In this document: positions 9,769 to 18,563 of the stretch, in pieces
How positions within the stretch are numbered: the first letter of the stretch is position 1
How the letters are laid out: every line of letters begins with the position of its first letter
DNA from: Candidatus Hermodarchaeota archaeon
Lineage (GTDB): Archaea > Asgardarchaeota > Lokiarchaeia > Sigyniarchaeales > SOKP01
Assembly: GCA_048885535.1 (NCBI GenBank)
Contig: JBHLLO010000007.1
Span: 13,665-77,664 of the forward strand
DNA length: 64,000 bases
Direction: 5' to 3'
Notes under the pieces: model-generated
Databases searched by the model: none
What the model was told of the DNA's origin: nothing
What the model saw: only the letters and a program-made list of their open reading frames with translations
Position numbers and translations under genes: made by a program

Positions 9769-10926
9769 TTATAATTCACCTCCAAAAATTAAAACACAAT
9801 TTCCTTGAGAACAAATCCCATTCATTCCATTTGCTAACCCTAACTTTGCATCATTAATTTGCCTTTCACCTGCCTTACCCATTAATTGTAAAGCAATTTC
9901 TGCCACACGAATTAAGCCATTCGCCATTGTTGGATTACTTGAAAGTACACCTCCAGATGGATTTACTGGTATATTTCCAGTCATTTGAGTTTCACCACTA
10001 TCAATAAATTCGCCACCTTTTCCTTTATTGCAGAAACCCAAAGCTTCATAAATCATTAGTTCATGAACTGAAAAAGCATCATAAACCTCAGCAACATCTA
10101 AATCCTCTGTAGGCTTTTTTATTCCTGCCATTTTATACGCTTCTTTAGCAGCTAGTTCAAGCCCAATTAAATCTGTCATAGACCGATGACCTAAATAATA
10201 TGCATCGGTACAGCTTCCATATCCTTTTAACCAAACAGGATTATCTGTTAACTTCTTCGCCACTTTTTCATTGGTTAGTAGCATTGCTACAGCACCATCA
10301 GAAAAAGGAGGAAATTCTAGCTCTTTTAAAGGATAAGCCATTAATGGAGAATTGAGAACGTCCTCTAAAGCAACTTCTGTCCTTAAATGAGCAAAAGGAT
10401 TGTTGAGAGCATTCTTCCTATTTTTCACTACCACTTTTGCGGCTTGTTCTACACTAACACCATATTTAGTCATATACATATTTGCCATTAAACCTGCAGA
10501 GGATATTTGATCTAAACCTAAATGTCTTTGGTAATAAGGATCAAATATAGTATTATTTACAAGATACTGATTTACCTCTGAACACTTACAATGTGACACA
10601 ACCATAACAGTATCATATTCTCCAGAAAGAATTCTCATTGCTGCATATATATAAGCGAAAGCACCATCACCAGAAACCCTAGACTCTGATTTTCCGACTG
10701 TACCTACAGCATCTTGAATTGCCATATTGGCAATAGTTCTGCCATCATTAAAATCATTTGAACTTGTTATAACAGACCCAACATCATCATTATTTATTCC
10801 TAGATCATTATGTAATTTCTTTACAACTTCAAAGACAAGCTCCATATAAGTCTGATCTATCTTCTCTGCCTCATATTTGGTCTGAGCAACTCCCACTATC
10901 GCAACTTTATCCATCTTAACATACAT
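9769..10926 (-). CDS. Thiolase-fold (SCPx-type) protein, Ltp4-like
   Basis: VAIVGVAQT, ESRVSGDGAFA..A..RILSGEYDTV, AEVYDAFS, PVNPSGGVLSSNP. Confidence 0.85.
   Translation of the reverse strand: MYVKMDKVAIVGVAQTKYEAEKIDQTYMELVFEVVKKLHNDLGINNDDVGSVITSSNDFNDGRTIANMAIQDAVGTVGKSESRVSGDGAFAYIYAAMRILSGEYDTVMVVSHCKCSEVNQYLVNNTIFDPYYQRHLGLDQISSAGLMANMYMTKYGVSVEQAAKVVVKNRKNALNNPFAHLRTEVALEDVLNSPLMAYPLKELEFPPFSDGAVAMLLTNEKVAKKLTDNPVWLKGYGSCTDAYYLGHRSMTDLIGLELAAKEAYKMAGIKKPTEDLDVAEVYDAFSVHELMIYEALGFCNKGKGGEFIDSGETQMTGNIPVNPSGGVLSSNPTMANGLIRVAEIALQLMGKAGERQINDAKLGLANGMNGICSQGNCVLIFGGEL
9777..9783 (-). promoter_or_regulatory. Shine-Dalgarno GGAGGTG for the Ltp3-like gene (cassette 1)
   Basis: GGAGGTG followed by 9 nt and ATG. 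Equivalent GAGGTG motifs precede the other internal genes of both cassettes. Confidence 0.7.
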
Positions 10927-11095
10927 AATTATTTTATGTCATTTAAATTAAAATTAATATATTATTGATTAAATCTTATATAAATAAATTTTTAATTAGA
11001 TAAATAGAATATCATAAATTAATGATAGTTTAATTTCCTGCTAAAAGCTTTAACAGATTTGTTCAAAATAAAAAAAATAAAAAATTTTTCTAACT

Positions 11096-12064
11096 TTAAT
11101 AATTGACCTTATCAAGACCTTTAAGTTTGAGCATTTTTCTTGTTTCATCAGGAGTAGCTATATCACGTCCAAGGTCATTAACTATCCTTACCATTTTCTC
11201 AACTAATTCAGCATTACTTTTTGCCAAAATTCGCTCTTTCTTTTCGACATCATAACCTAAAGATACATTGTCTTCCAAACCAACTCTTATATGCCCACCC
11301 ATTGTTGCTGATATAGCTCCTAGATGGAATTCTCTGGGATATCCTAGTCCAATTACTGACCAAGTAAAACTTTTTTCTCCAAGGAGTCTAAAAGCTTCAG
11401 TATGTAAATGCATCAACTCCCATGGTGTATTTCCAGTTCCACCTAGTACCCCTAAAACAAACTGCATATGAAGAGGAAGTTTTAGCCATCCAAATCTAAC
11501 CATAGCTCCGGCATTCCAGAGACCACTGGTACTATAAATTTCAAGTTCAGGTTTCACATCATTTTCATACATCGTTTTAACAAACTTCTCTAGATCTATA
11601 AAACTGTTCTGAAAAACCAATCCCTTACTCATATTTACTAATGCTTTCTCCCATGGAAATTTCCATTCTTGAATTTTTTCTGCTAATGGAAAGATTGAAA
11701 AGTTCATAGATTCACAATTAAAAGAACACATTTCTGGCTTAAACTCAGGAACAACAGAAATTCTCTCTTCTGCTGTCATTCCAGCACCTCCTCCTGTAGT
11801 GCAACAAACCACTACATCTGTTTTAGCTTTAATTTTTTCGAGAGTTTCCCTCCAAATCCCTAAATCAGAAGAGGGCATAGCAGTTTTAGGATCTCTAACA
11901 TGAACATGAACAACAGCAGCACCTGCATCACAAGCTTTTTTAGCTTCCTCAGCGATCTCATCTGGAGTTATTGGTAAATAAGGAGTTTGAGAAGGTATGG
12001 TAGCTGAACCTGTGAGGGCACATGTAATAATGCATTTATCCCTCCAAGCTGTTAGTACAGACAT
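11096..12064 (-). CDS. Beta-keto acid cleavage enzyme (BKACE/DUF849, Kce family)
   Basis: IITCALTG, LPITPDEIA, GAAVVHVHVRD (Zn ligands), TTGGG, GGHIRVGLEDN. Confidence 0.93.
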   Translation of the reverse strand: MSVLTAWRDKCIITCALTGSATIPSQTPYLPITPDEIAEEAKKACDAGAAVVHVHVRDPKTAMPSSDLGIWRETLEKIKAKTDVVVCCTTGGGAGMTAEERISVVPEFKPEMCSFNCESMNFSIFPLAEKIQEWKFPWEKALVNMSKGLVFQNSFIDLEKFVKTMYENDVKPELEIYSTSGLWNAGAMVRFGWLKLPLHMQFVLGVLGGTGNTPWELMHLHTEAFRLLGEKSFTWSVIGLGYPREFHLGAISATMGGHIRVGLEDNVSLGYDVEKKERILAKSNAELVEKMVRIVNDLGRDIATPDETRKMLKLKGLDKVNY

Positions 12065-12252
12065 TTATCTATCACTCTATTTTTTTTATATATGTTTGAT
12101 AATTCTAATTTCAATTTACTTGTTAATACTATAGGTTTATAATTTATCGGATTTAAAAAATATAAATATTTCTTTAACTTGATTCGAAAATAGCTATTTA
12201 GATTACAAATTTAAAAAAAAAAGATTTTAAAAGTCTTAAAATGAAATAAATT

Positions 12253-13332
12253 TCAAATCTCATTACTACTTTCTTTAAAATAACTAAATACTGTATCAGT
12301 AAATAATTCTAAGGCTTGAAAGTATTTTCCAACTCCCCACACTTCAATTAAAAAATGCTCTACACCAGCTTTAATATACTCATCAATTTGTTCAATACAT
12401 TCTTCTGGACTCCCCGAAATAACCATTGAATCTATAATGTCTTGGGGTATATTTTCTTTAGCAAAGTCAGTAATCTCCTTTTCTTTTTCTTTATTTTCCA
12501 ATTCTTTCATTGTTTCCTTATAATAACGTCCGTGAACAATATTATCTGGTATTTTTATATGCAAATCTTCAAGAATATAGGGATTTACGCTTATTGAAAG
12601 ACCTCCCATTCGAGCCATCTGTCGAGCAAGTTCAGGATTATCTCTACTAATTACTACAAATACTTCACAAGCTTTCTCAATTTCATCTAATCTCCCTGCT
12701 TTTCCTAAGATTTTCAAATTTTTTTCATATAACTTAGCATTATGAGCACTTGGAATCCATCCATCTGCATATTTTCCTGTAAATTCAATTAATCGCGGTC
12801 CATTTGCAGCTAACCAAATTTCGGGGAGTTGCTTTATTGAGTACTGTAGACGAGCATTATTTAGGCTAAAAAATTTACCTGAATAATTAACAGTTATGTC
12901 TCTTGATTGAGTTGTTTTCCATAACTCCTTTATAACTTCCAATGATTCAATCAATCTTGAAACAGGTTTGTTCCAATTTATTCCAAAGTCATTTAAATTC
13001 ATTGCTTCTCCAGCACCTAAACCTAAAATGAATCTGTTCCCTGATAACTTTTGTAATGTTAATGAATCTAAAGCTATTTGAGCCGGATGTCGTCTATGTG
13101 AATCACAAACGCACGAACCTATCTTTATATTCTTGGTTTCCAAAGCAGCAATAGGTAATAAAACATTACAGCTGGGAACTTCTTTAGTATCTGTTGCATT
13201 TAAATGATCCCATATAAAAGTAGAGTCATATCCCATTTTTTCAGCAAAAGCAATTGATTTTATGTAGTCTTTAGTTTTCAATCCTAATGTACCAACATTT
13301 GCACCATGCTGAATCCCAAATTTTACATCCAT
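12253..13332 (-). CDS. LLM-class (luciferase-like) oxidoreductase, probably F420-dependent
   Basis: GYDS.FIWDH, RHPA, SGNRFILGLGAGE, IWLAANGPR..ADGW, GSPEEC. Confidence 0.88.
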   Translation of the reverse strand: MDVKFGIQHGANVGTLGLKTKDYIKSIAFAEKMGYDSTFIWDHLNATDTKEVPSCNVLLPIAALETKNIKIGSCVCDSHRRHPAQIALDSLTLQKLSGNRFILGLGAGEAMNLNDFGINWNKPVSRLIESLEVIKELWKTTQSRDITVNYSGKFFSLNNARLQYSIKQLPEIWLAANGPRLIEFTGKYADGWIPSAHNAKLYEKNLKILGKAGRLDEIEKACEVFVVISRDNPELARQMARMGGLSISVNPYILEDLHIKIPDNIVHGRYYKETMKELENKEKEKEITDFAKENIPQDIIDSMVISGSPEECIEQIDEYIKAGVEHFLIEVWGVGKYFQALELFTDTVFSYFKESSNEI

Positions 13333-13511
13333 GTTTATCTACATATGTATTAATTGGATTATATTTAATTCAAAAATAAATAATAATGTATAATCTATTT
13401 TGTTCCTTAAAACATTTAACACTAATGGAGAAAAAAACTTGAAAACTTGCTGAAAATTACAAAATGGTTTTGAAAAATTATTGAAAAAATAAAATAAAAA
13501 TTAGTTAAAGA

Positions 13512-13991
13512 TTACAATTCTTCCCAATATAAAATATCTTTTAGTGTTCCTTCCCGTTTATCTTTAGATCGTAAAATAGCTTTAACCTTTAGTCCAACAA
13601 AGTCCTTATTAAGGTCGTTAGTCTTAATGATGCCTAGCATTGCACTAGTAGTACCTTCAATATCAATAAAAGCAACAACTTTTGGACTTGCTAAATTAAC
13701 ACCATGAGCATTAAGTTTAGCTACAGTGAATAACCTTATAGTACCTTTAGCAGGTACTTCATTCCAATTGCTATTAGGAATTTCTTCAAAGCAATCTTCA
13801 CAATATAAACGTGGGGGACAATATATTTTACTGCATTTGGTACATTTACACGCTAAAAAGGTATCTTTACTCATAAGATGCTTAAAAAATTTATCACCAG
13901 CAATTCCGCTTGAGTAAAAATAATCCGCTTGCATATCCCCTCGCCAATGCATTGGAGTAGTTGGATCCGTTTGTTTTTCTAAAAATCCCAT
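13512..13991 (-). CDS. DUF35 Zn-ribbon/OB-fold protein
   Basis: CTKC..IYCPPRLYCEDC, REGTLKDILYW. GGAGGTG upstream; TAATG overlap with the previous gene. Confidence 0.9.
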   Translation of the reverse strand: MGFLEKQTDPTTPMHWRGDMQADYFYSSGIAGDKFFKHLMSKDTFLACKCTKCSKIYCPPRLYCEDCFEEIPNSNWNEVPAKGTIRLFTVAKLNAHGVNLASPKVVAFIDIEGTTSAMLGIIKTNDLNKDFVGLKVKAILRSKDKREGTLKDILYWEEL

Positions 13992-14530
13992 TAATCTCCA
14001 CCTCCTTTCAAAGGTTTGAAGTATTTAATATCTGTTATTGAACCTTCTCTTTCATTTTCTGGTTTCCATACAGCTTTAACTTTCATCCCTATTTTAATCT
14101 CATCTTTAGTCATTTCACCAAAATAAGTCATGAATCCATGATGTGGAGGTGTACCATCGAGATCAACCACTCCTACGAGAATTGGTTCTTCAATTCTTCT
14201 TGCATCAGGGTCTAAATACGAGATTGAGAATGTTTCAATAATTCCTGTATCTGGTAATTCTATCCATTCTTCAGTTGGGCCAAAACAGTATTCACAGAAC
14301 ATGCGTGGTGGTACAATAATCCTCTTACATCTTTTACAATGAATTCCATAGATTTTACCTTTTTTCAATCCCTGTAAAAATTTACTCATCGCTGGACCTA
14401 AAGACCAACTATACTGAACCTCAGGTTCCCACCAAGTATATGTAATCTTTTTATCGCTTATATCACTCTCATGAACATGAGTTCCTGGAGCATAGGGAGG
14501 CCATTCCTTATATTTTTTCTTTTCTACCAT
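13991..14530 (-). CDS. DUF35 Zn-ribbon/OB-fold protein
   Basis: CKRC..IIVPPRMFCEYC, GMKVKAVWKP...REGSITDIKYF. ATG 14530 follows GAGGTGA (the ORF track starts at 14554). Confidence 0.9.
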   Translation of the reverse strand: MVEKKKYKEWPPYAPGTHVHESDISDKKITYTWWEPEVQYSWSLGPAMSKFLQGLKKGKIYGIHCKRCKRIIVPPRMFCEYCFGPTEEWIELPDTGIIETFSISYLDPDARRIEEPILVGVVDLDGTPPHHGFMTYFGEMTKDEIKIGMKVKAVWKPENEREGSITDIKYFKPLKGGGD

Positions 14531-14550
14531 TTTTTTATCACCTCTCTTAA

Positions 14551-15714
14551 TCACCCTCTCCTAAGGAGTATCACAGTTCCCATTTGCATAATATCACCCC
14601 AAGCTTGACCTACCCCAATCCTTGGGTCTCCTGGGATTTGCCTTTTACCTGCCACTCCTTTTAATTGCCAATACAATTCACAAACCTTCTGAGCCATCGT
14701 TGCTGCAATTGGATTTCCTACACCTAATAATCCTCCAGAAGGACAAACTGGAAGATCCCCATCCCGCTGCGTAACACCCTCACGTGTAATAATGGGAGCC
14801 TCTCCTTTCTTACAAAGCAAAAGACCCTCAAGGTGATGCAATTCTTTATATGAAAATGGATCATAAGGTTCGGCAAAATCGATTTCCTTTATAGGATTTT
14901 CAATTTTAGCCATCTTATATGCCATTTTGGCTGCTTGTGCAACATAACGTGGAAAATATAAATCTCTATTAGTCCACATTGTACTATCGATACTCCATCC
15001 TGTACCAGCAACATAAATTGGGTCATCTGTAAACTTATGTACAATATCTTTATTACAAAATATTAATGCTGCTGCTCCATCACTAGGAGGACTAATATCT
15101 AATCTGTTCACAGGCCACGCCATTATCTCAGAATTTAAAACATCTTCTACAGTGATGTTTGGATCTGCCAATTGTGCACAAGGGTGACCAACAGCATTTC
15201 TTTTATTCTTAACGGAGACCAATGCAATGTCTTCTTTCTTGATACCATGAACTGTCATATAACGATTCATTTCCATAGCAAATAACCAGACAAGGTTAGG
15301 TGTGAGGGGTCTATCTAAAATTGGATCCCAAATATGCCTGAAAGCTGTTTGAGGATGAGGATAACAATTACCCATCTTTTCTTCACATACAACTAAGCAT
15401 ATATCTGCAACACCAGAGGCTACATGCCACCATCCAGCAATTGGAGCAAAAACACCAGTGCCACCACCATTAAATACTCGAACGTATGGCTTGCCCACAG
15501 CAGCTGAACCATCTATTAGGTTTTCTCCTTTCATATGGATGCCATCGAAGGCATCAGGAGCACTACCCATTACGACCATATCAATATCATCTTTTTCTAT
15601 GCCGGAATCTTCCATTGCCATTTTCGTAGCTAAATAGGAAAGTTCTTTTCCACTTTCCTTTAAATGTCTACGGAAAAGGGTCATCCCGGCTCCTATAACT
15701 GCTACTTCTTTCAC
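14551..15714 (-). CDS. Thiolase-fold protein, Ltp3-like (second cassette)
   Basis: VAVIGAGMT, RVFNGGGTG (no nucleophile Cys), AEPYDPFS, PSGGLLGVGNP. GTG start after GGAGGTG. Confidence 0.85.
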   Translation of the reverse strand: MKEVAVIGAGMTLFRRHLKESGKELSYLATKMAMEDSGIEKDDIDMVVMGSAPDAFDGIHMKGENLIDGSAAVGKPYVRVFNGGGTGVFAPIAGWWHVASGVADICLVVCEEKMGNCYPHPQTAFRHIWDPILDRPLTPNLVWLFAMEMNRYMTVHGIKKEDIALVSVKNKRNAVGHPCAQLADPNITVEDVLNSEIMAWPVNRLDISPPSDGAAALIFCNKDIVHKFTDDPIYVAGTGWSIDSTMWTNRDLYFPRYVAQAAKMAYKMAKIENPIKEIDFAEPYDPFSYKELHHLEGLLLCKKGEAPIITREGVTQRDGDLPVCPSGGLLGVGNPIAATMAQKVCELYWQLKGVAGKRQIPGDPRIGVGQAWGDIMQMGTVILLRRG

Positions 15715-15721
15715 TTTTTTA

Positions 15722-15728
15722 CACCTCC
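15722..15728 (-). promoter_or_regulatory. Shine-Dalgarno GGAGGTG for the Ltp3-like gene (cassette 2)
   Basis: GGAGGTG followed by 7 nt and GTG, immediately after the upstream stop codon. Confidence 0.7.
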
Positions 15729-16973
15729 CTAACCTCTCTTAAATATTGCTACTGCACCACTCCCAGAAGGGATACCTCTCCAAGCTTGAGCAAGGCCAAC
15801 TTCTACATTAGTGACTTGTCTCTTACCAGCATGACCACGAAGTTGCATGATAATTTCAAGAGCTTTTTGCATTCCAGTAGCTTCAAAACAATTTCCCACA
15901 CCTAATGATCCTCCAGATGTGTTCGTAGGAAGTGAACCATTGATTTCTAAAGCTCCCTCCTCTATTAATTGTTTTGCTTCGCCAGGTCTGGCAAGCCCTA
16001 AAGCTTCGAGATGTTGAAGTTCTTTATATGAAAATCTATCATCAACTTCAGCAATATCAATTTCTTCTCTAGGTTCTGAAATGCCAGCCATTTTATATGC
16101 CATCTTCGCTGCTAACCTGGCATATCCAGCATTCATACCTCTTGTACCCAACCAAGGAGTTTCTGAAGAATAACCAAATCCCGCTAAGTATATAGGTTCA
16201 ATTCCTAAGCTTTTTGCGGTTTTACCATCGGCAAGTACAAAACATATAGCACCATCAACATTTGGACTAATGTCTAATCTTTTGACTGGTTTAAAGAGAT
16301 ATTCAGATTTCATTACATCCTCAATTGATATTAGAGCTTCATAATCTGCATATGGATTAAAGAACGCATTTTTTTTATTTTTTACAACGACAGCAGCACA
16401 TTGTTCTTCCGTAGTTCCTGTTGTCTTTAAATAATGTTGCATTTCTATTCCTGCCATAAAATATGGATGAATTCGCTCCTTTTCATCAGAACTTCCTATT
16501 AATGGCTTGGGAGCCTCTGGAGTATACTCCGGACTTCCTCCATAATTAGGTCTTTCAACAGGTCCAGAAACAGGTCGTTCAAATCGTGGATCAAAAGCTT
16601 GTAACACAATATCCCCAAATGTAAGTAAATCAGAAATTTTACTATGTGCTTCTACTGCAACGACATCTAGATGTCCTGTTTTAATTTGCATATAAGCATT
16701 TGCTAACCCGAAAAGGCCATCACCACATACAGTACAACAAGGTCTCAAGACTGCGCCAACTTGATCTGGCACAAACTCATCGAAAATGCTGAAGCCTTCC
16801 CAATAATCTTCTGCACATGTTATGAAACTATTAATGTCCTTTCTAGCATTAATACCTGCATCGACATAAGCTTTCTTACATGCTTCATACATTATTTCTT
16901 TCCATTGTATATCTGGTGTCATGGAATTAAAATTAGTATGCCCAATTCCAATGACACATACTTTTCTCGCCAT
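15729..16973 (-). CDS. Thiolase-fold protein, Ltp4-like (second cassette)
   Basis: VIGIGHT, VCGDGLFGL..A..QIKTG, AEVDDRFS, NTSGGSLGVGN. Confidence 0.85.
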   Translation of the reverse strand: MARKVCVIGIGHTNFNSMTPDIQWKEIMYEACKKAYVDAGINARKDINSFITCAEDYWEGFSIFDEFVPDQVGAVLRPCCTVCGDGLFGLANAYMQIKTGHLDVVAVEAHSKISDLLTFGDIVLQAFDPRFERPVSGPVERPNYGGSPEYTPEAPKPLIGSSDEKERIHPYFMAGIEMQHYLKTTGTTEEQCAAVVVKNKKNAFFNPYADYEALISIEDVMKSEYLFKPVKRLDISPNVDGAICFVLADGKTAKSLGIEPIYLAGFGYSSETPWLGTRGMNAGYARLAAKMAYKMAGISEPREEIDIAEVDDRFSYKELQHLEALGLARPGEAKQLIEEGALEINGSLPTNTSGGSLGVGNCFEATGMQKALEIIMQLRGHAGKRQVTNVEVGLAQAWRGIPSGSGAVAIFKRG

Positions 16974-17138
16974 TATTTTTCACAATATTTTTTGTTAATT
17001 TTTAATCTATTCCTTAATTCGTTTTTGTAGTTAGATTTTTAATAGATTTGATATTTTATTGTTATGTTTTATTTTGATTAAAACATTTCTAATAATTAAA
17101 ATTCTAATTTTAAATTACAAAAATGTTTATGATGTTAT

Positions 17139-18428
17139 ATGGATACAAGAATCAGTGAATTTGAAAAGATTAAAATCCAACGTTATGTTCCTGAGTTAGA
17201 TTTATTGACCAATCCGGTACTGAATGCCAAGGAAAAAGAATTTCTAGCGGAATTTTATGAGTTCATAGAAAATGAGCTAGATGATGATTTAAGAAAATTA
17301 GAGGAACTTAATTATTATATCGAAGAACCTACTGAAGACATGAAGAAAGAAATTGTAATCGGAATTATGAAAAAGCTTGCTGAAAAAGGATATTATTCCA
17401 CTATTTTAAATTCTGAAGATTTTGAAGTAGGAAAAATTACAAGAAATGCCTTAATTGCTTACGCATTATGTGGAGGACGTTGGAGTGAACATAGCGAAAG
17501 ATACATCGCTGGTAACTATAGTATTGAGATGGGAAGACTAGCAGGAGGTACATTATATTGCAATCCTGTTAACTATGCTTCAAATGATTGGCAAAAAGAA
17601 AAATTTCTAGTACCAGTTGCTAAATATGGACAAATTGGGGCCTCAGCTATGACAGAATTCAATGCAGGGTCAGACATCTTTAGAATGGAATTAAACTTGC
17701 ATAATACAGATGATAAGATAATTGCAAGAGGTAAAAAATTGTTTATCACTAATGGGATGATCGCAGATTATATTATATTATACGGTAGACTTGATAATGG
17801 AGAACTTGCTGCTGTGGTTGTTGATACTGAGCAACAACAATTAAAAAATTTTCAAAGTACAAGAATTAGTACTTATGGTATGACTGATGCATTTGTAAGT
17901 CGGTTAATATTTGATGGAACCGAAATTCCGAAAGAAAATCTCCTTAGCGGTCATGGTCTAGATATTGCCTTTCATCAACTAACAGAAGAAAGATTAGTTA
18001 TTAGTGCTGAAGCGTTAGGAGATTCAATGAAAAAGTTATTATATTCTCATGCATATGCACTACAACGTATTCAATTCGAAAAAAGATTACATCAATACCA
18101 AGTTATACGATATCCAATATCAGAAAAAATTCGTGAATTAAATTTACATATTTCTGCACTGATTAACTACGCAAGAGAACTCGATGAACACCCGGAGTTG
18201 GGAAGTTCAAAATTAATGGCAGCTAACGCTATGGGTCTTAAAGTCAGCGCTACAGAATTAGGTTTTGAAAGTTCCATCCACTGTTTCAGAACTATGGGTG
18301 GACGTGGTTTCACAAGGCAATATGCTAATGAAATAGGGCTTCTAGACCCCTACTGCATGGTGCATGGGGGAGGATCGAATTATGTGTTAGAAGATAGTGA
18401 ATCTAGAAGACTTTTTAAGTATAAATAA
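17139..18428 (+). CDS. Acyl-CoA dehydrogenase family protein
   Basis: AMTEFNAGSD, GKKLFITNG, R.QF.K.L..YQ, MGGRGF. Confidence 0.88.
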   Translation: MDTRISEFEKIKIQRYVPELDLLTNPVLNAKEKEFLAEFYEFIENELDDDLRKLEELNYYIEEPTEDMKKEIVIGIMKKLAEKGYYSTILNSEDFEVGKITRNALIAYALCGGRWSEHSERYIAGNYSIEMGRLAGGTLYCNPVNYASNDWQKEKFLVPVAKYGQIGASAMTEFNAGSDIFRMELNLHNTDDKIIARGKKLFITNGMIADYIILYGRLDNGELAAVVVDTEQQQLKNFQSTRISTYGMTDAFVSRLIFDGTEIPKENLLSGHGLDIAFHQLTEERLVISAEALGDSMKKLLYSHAYALQRIQFEKRLHQYQVIRYPISEKIRELNLHISALINYARELDEHPELGSSKLMAANAMGLKVSATELGFESSIHCFRTMGGRGFTRQYANEIGLLDPYCMVHGGGSNYVLEDSESRRLFKYK

Positions 18429-18563
18429 TAACATATGGAATTAGCAAAAAATATTTGGAAGACAAATTTCTAATTTATCTTGTTCAACTTCAACTATTTT
18501 TAGTTTTACTATAAATCTTTAGAGAATTACTTCTTAAATAATCCAGATTAATTAGAACAAATA

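Noticed and set aside
12253-13332. LLM protein as Mer (methylene-H4MPT reductase)
   Set aside because: It has only generic LLM motifs and sits in the lipid island. Mer cannot be assigned without a phylogeny.
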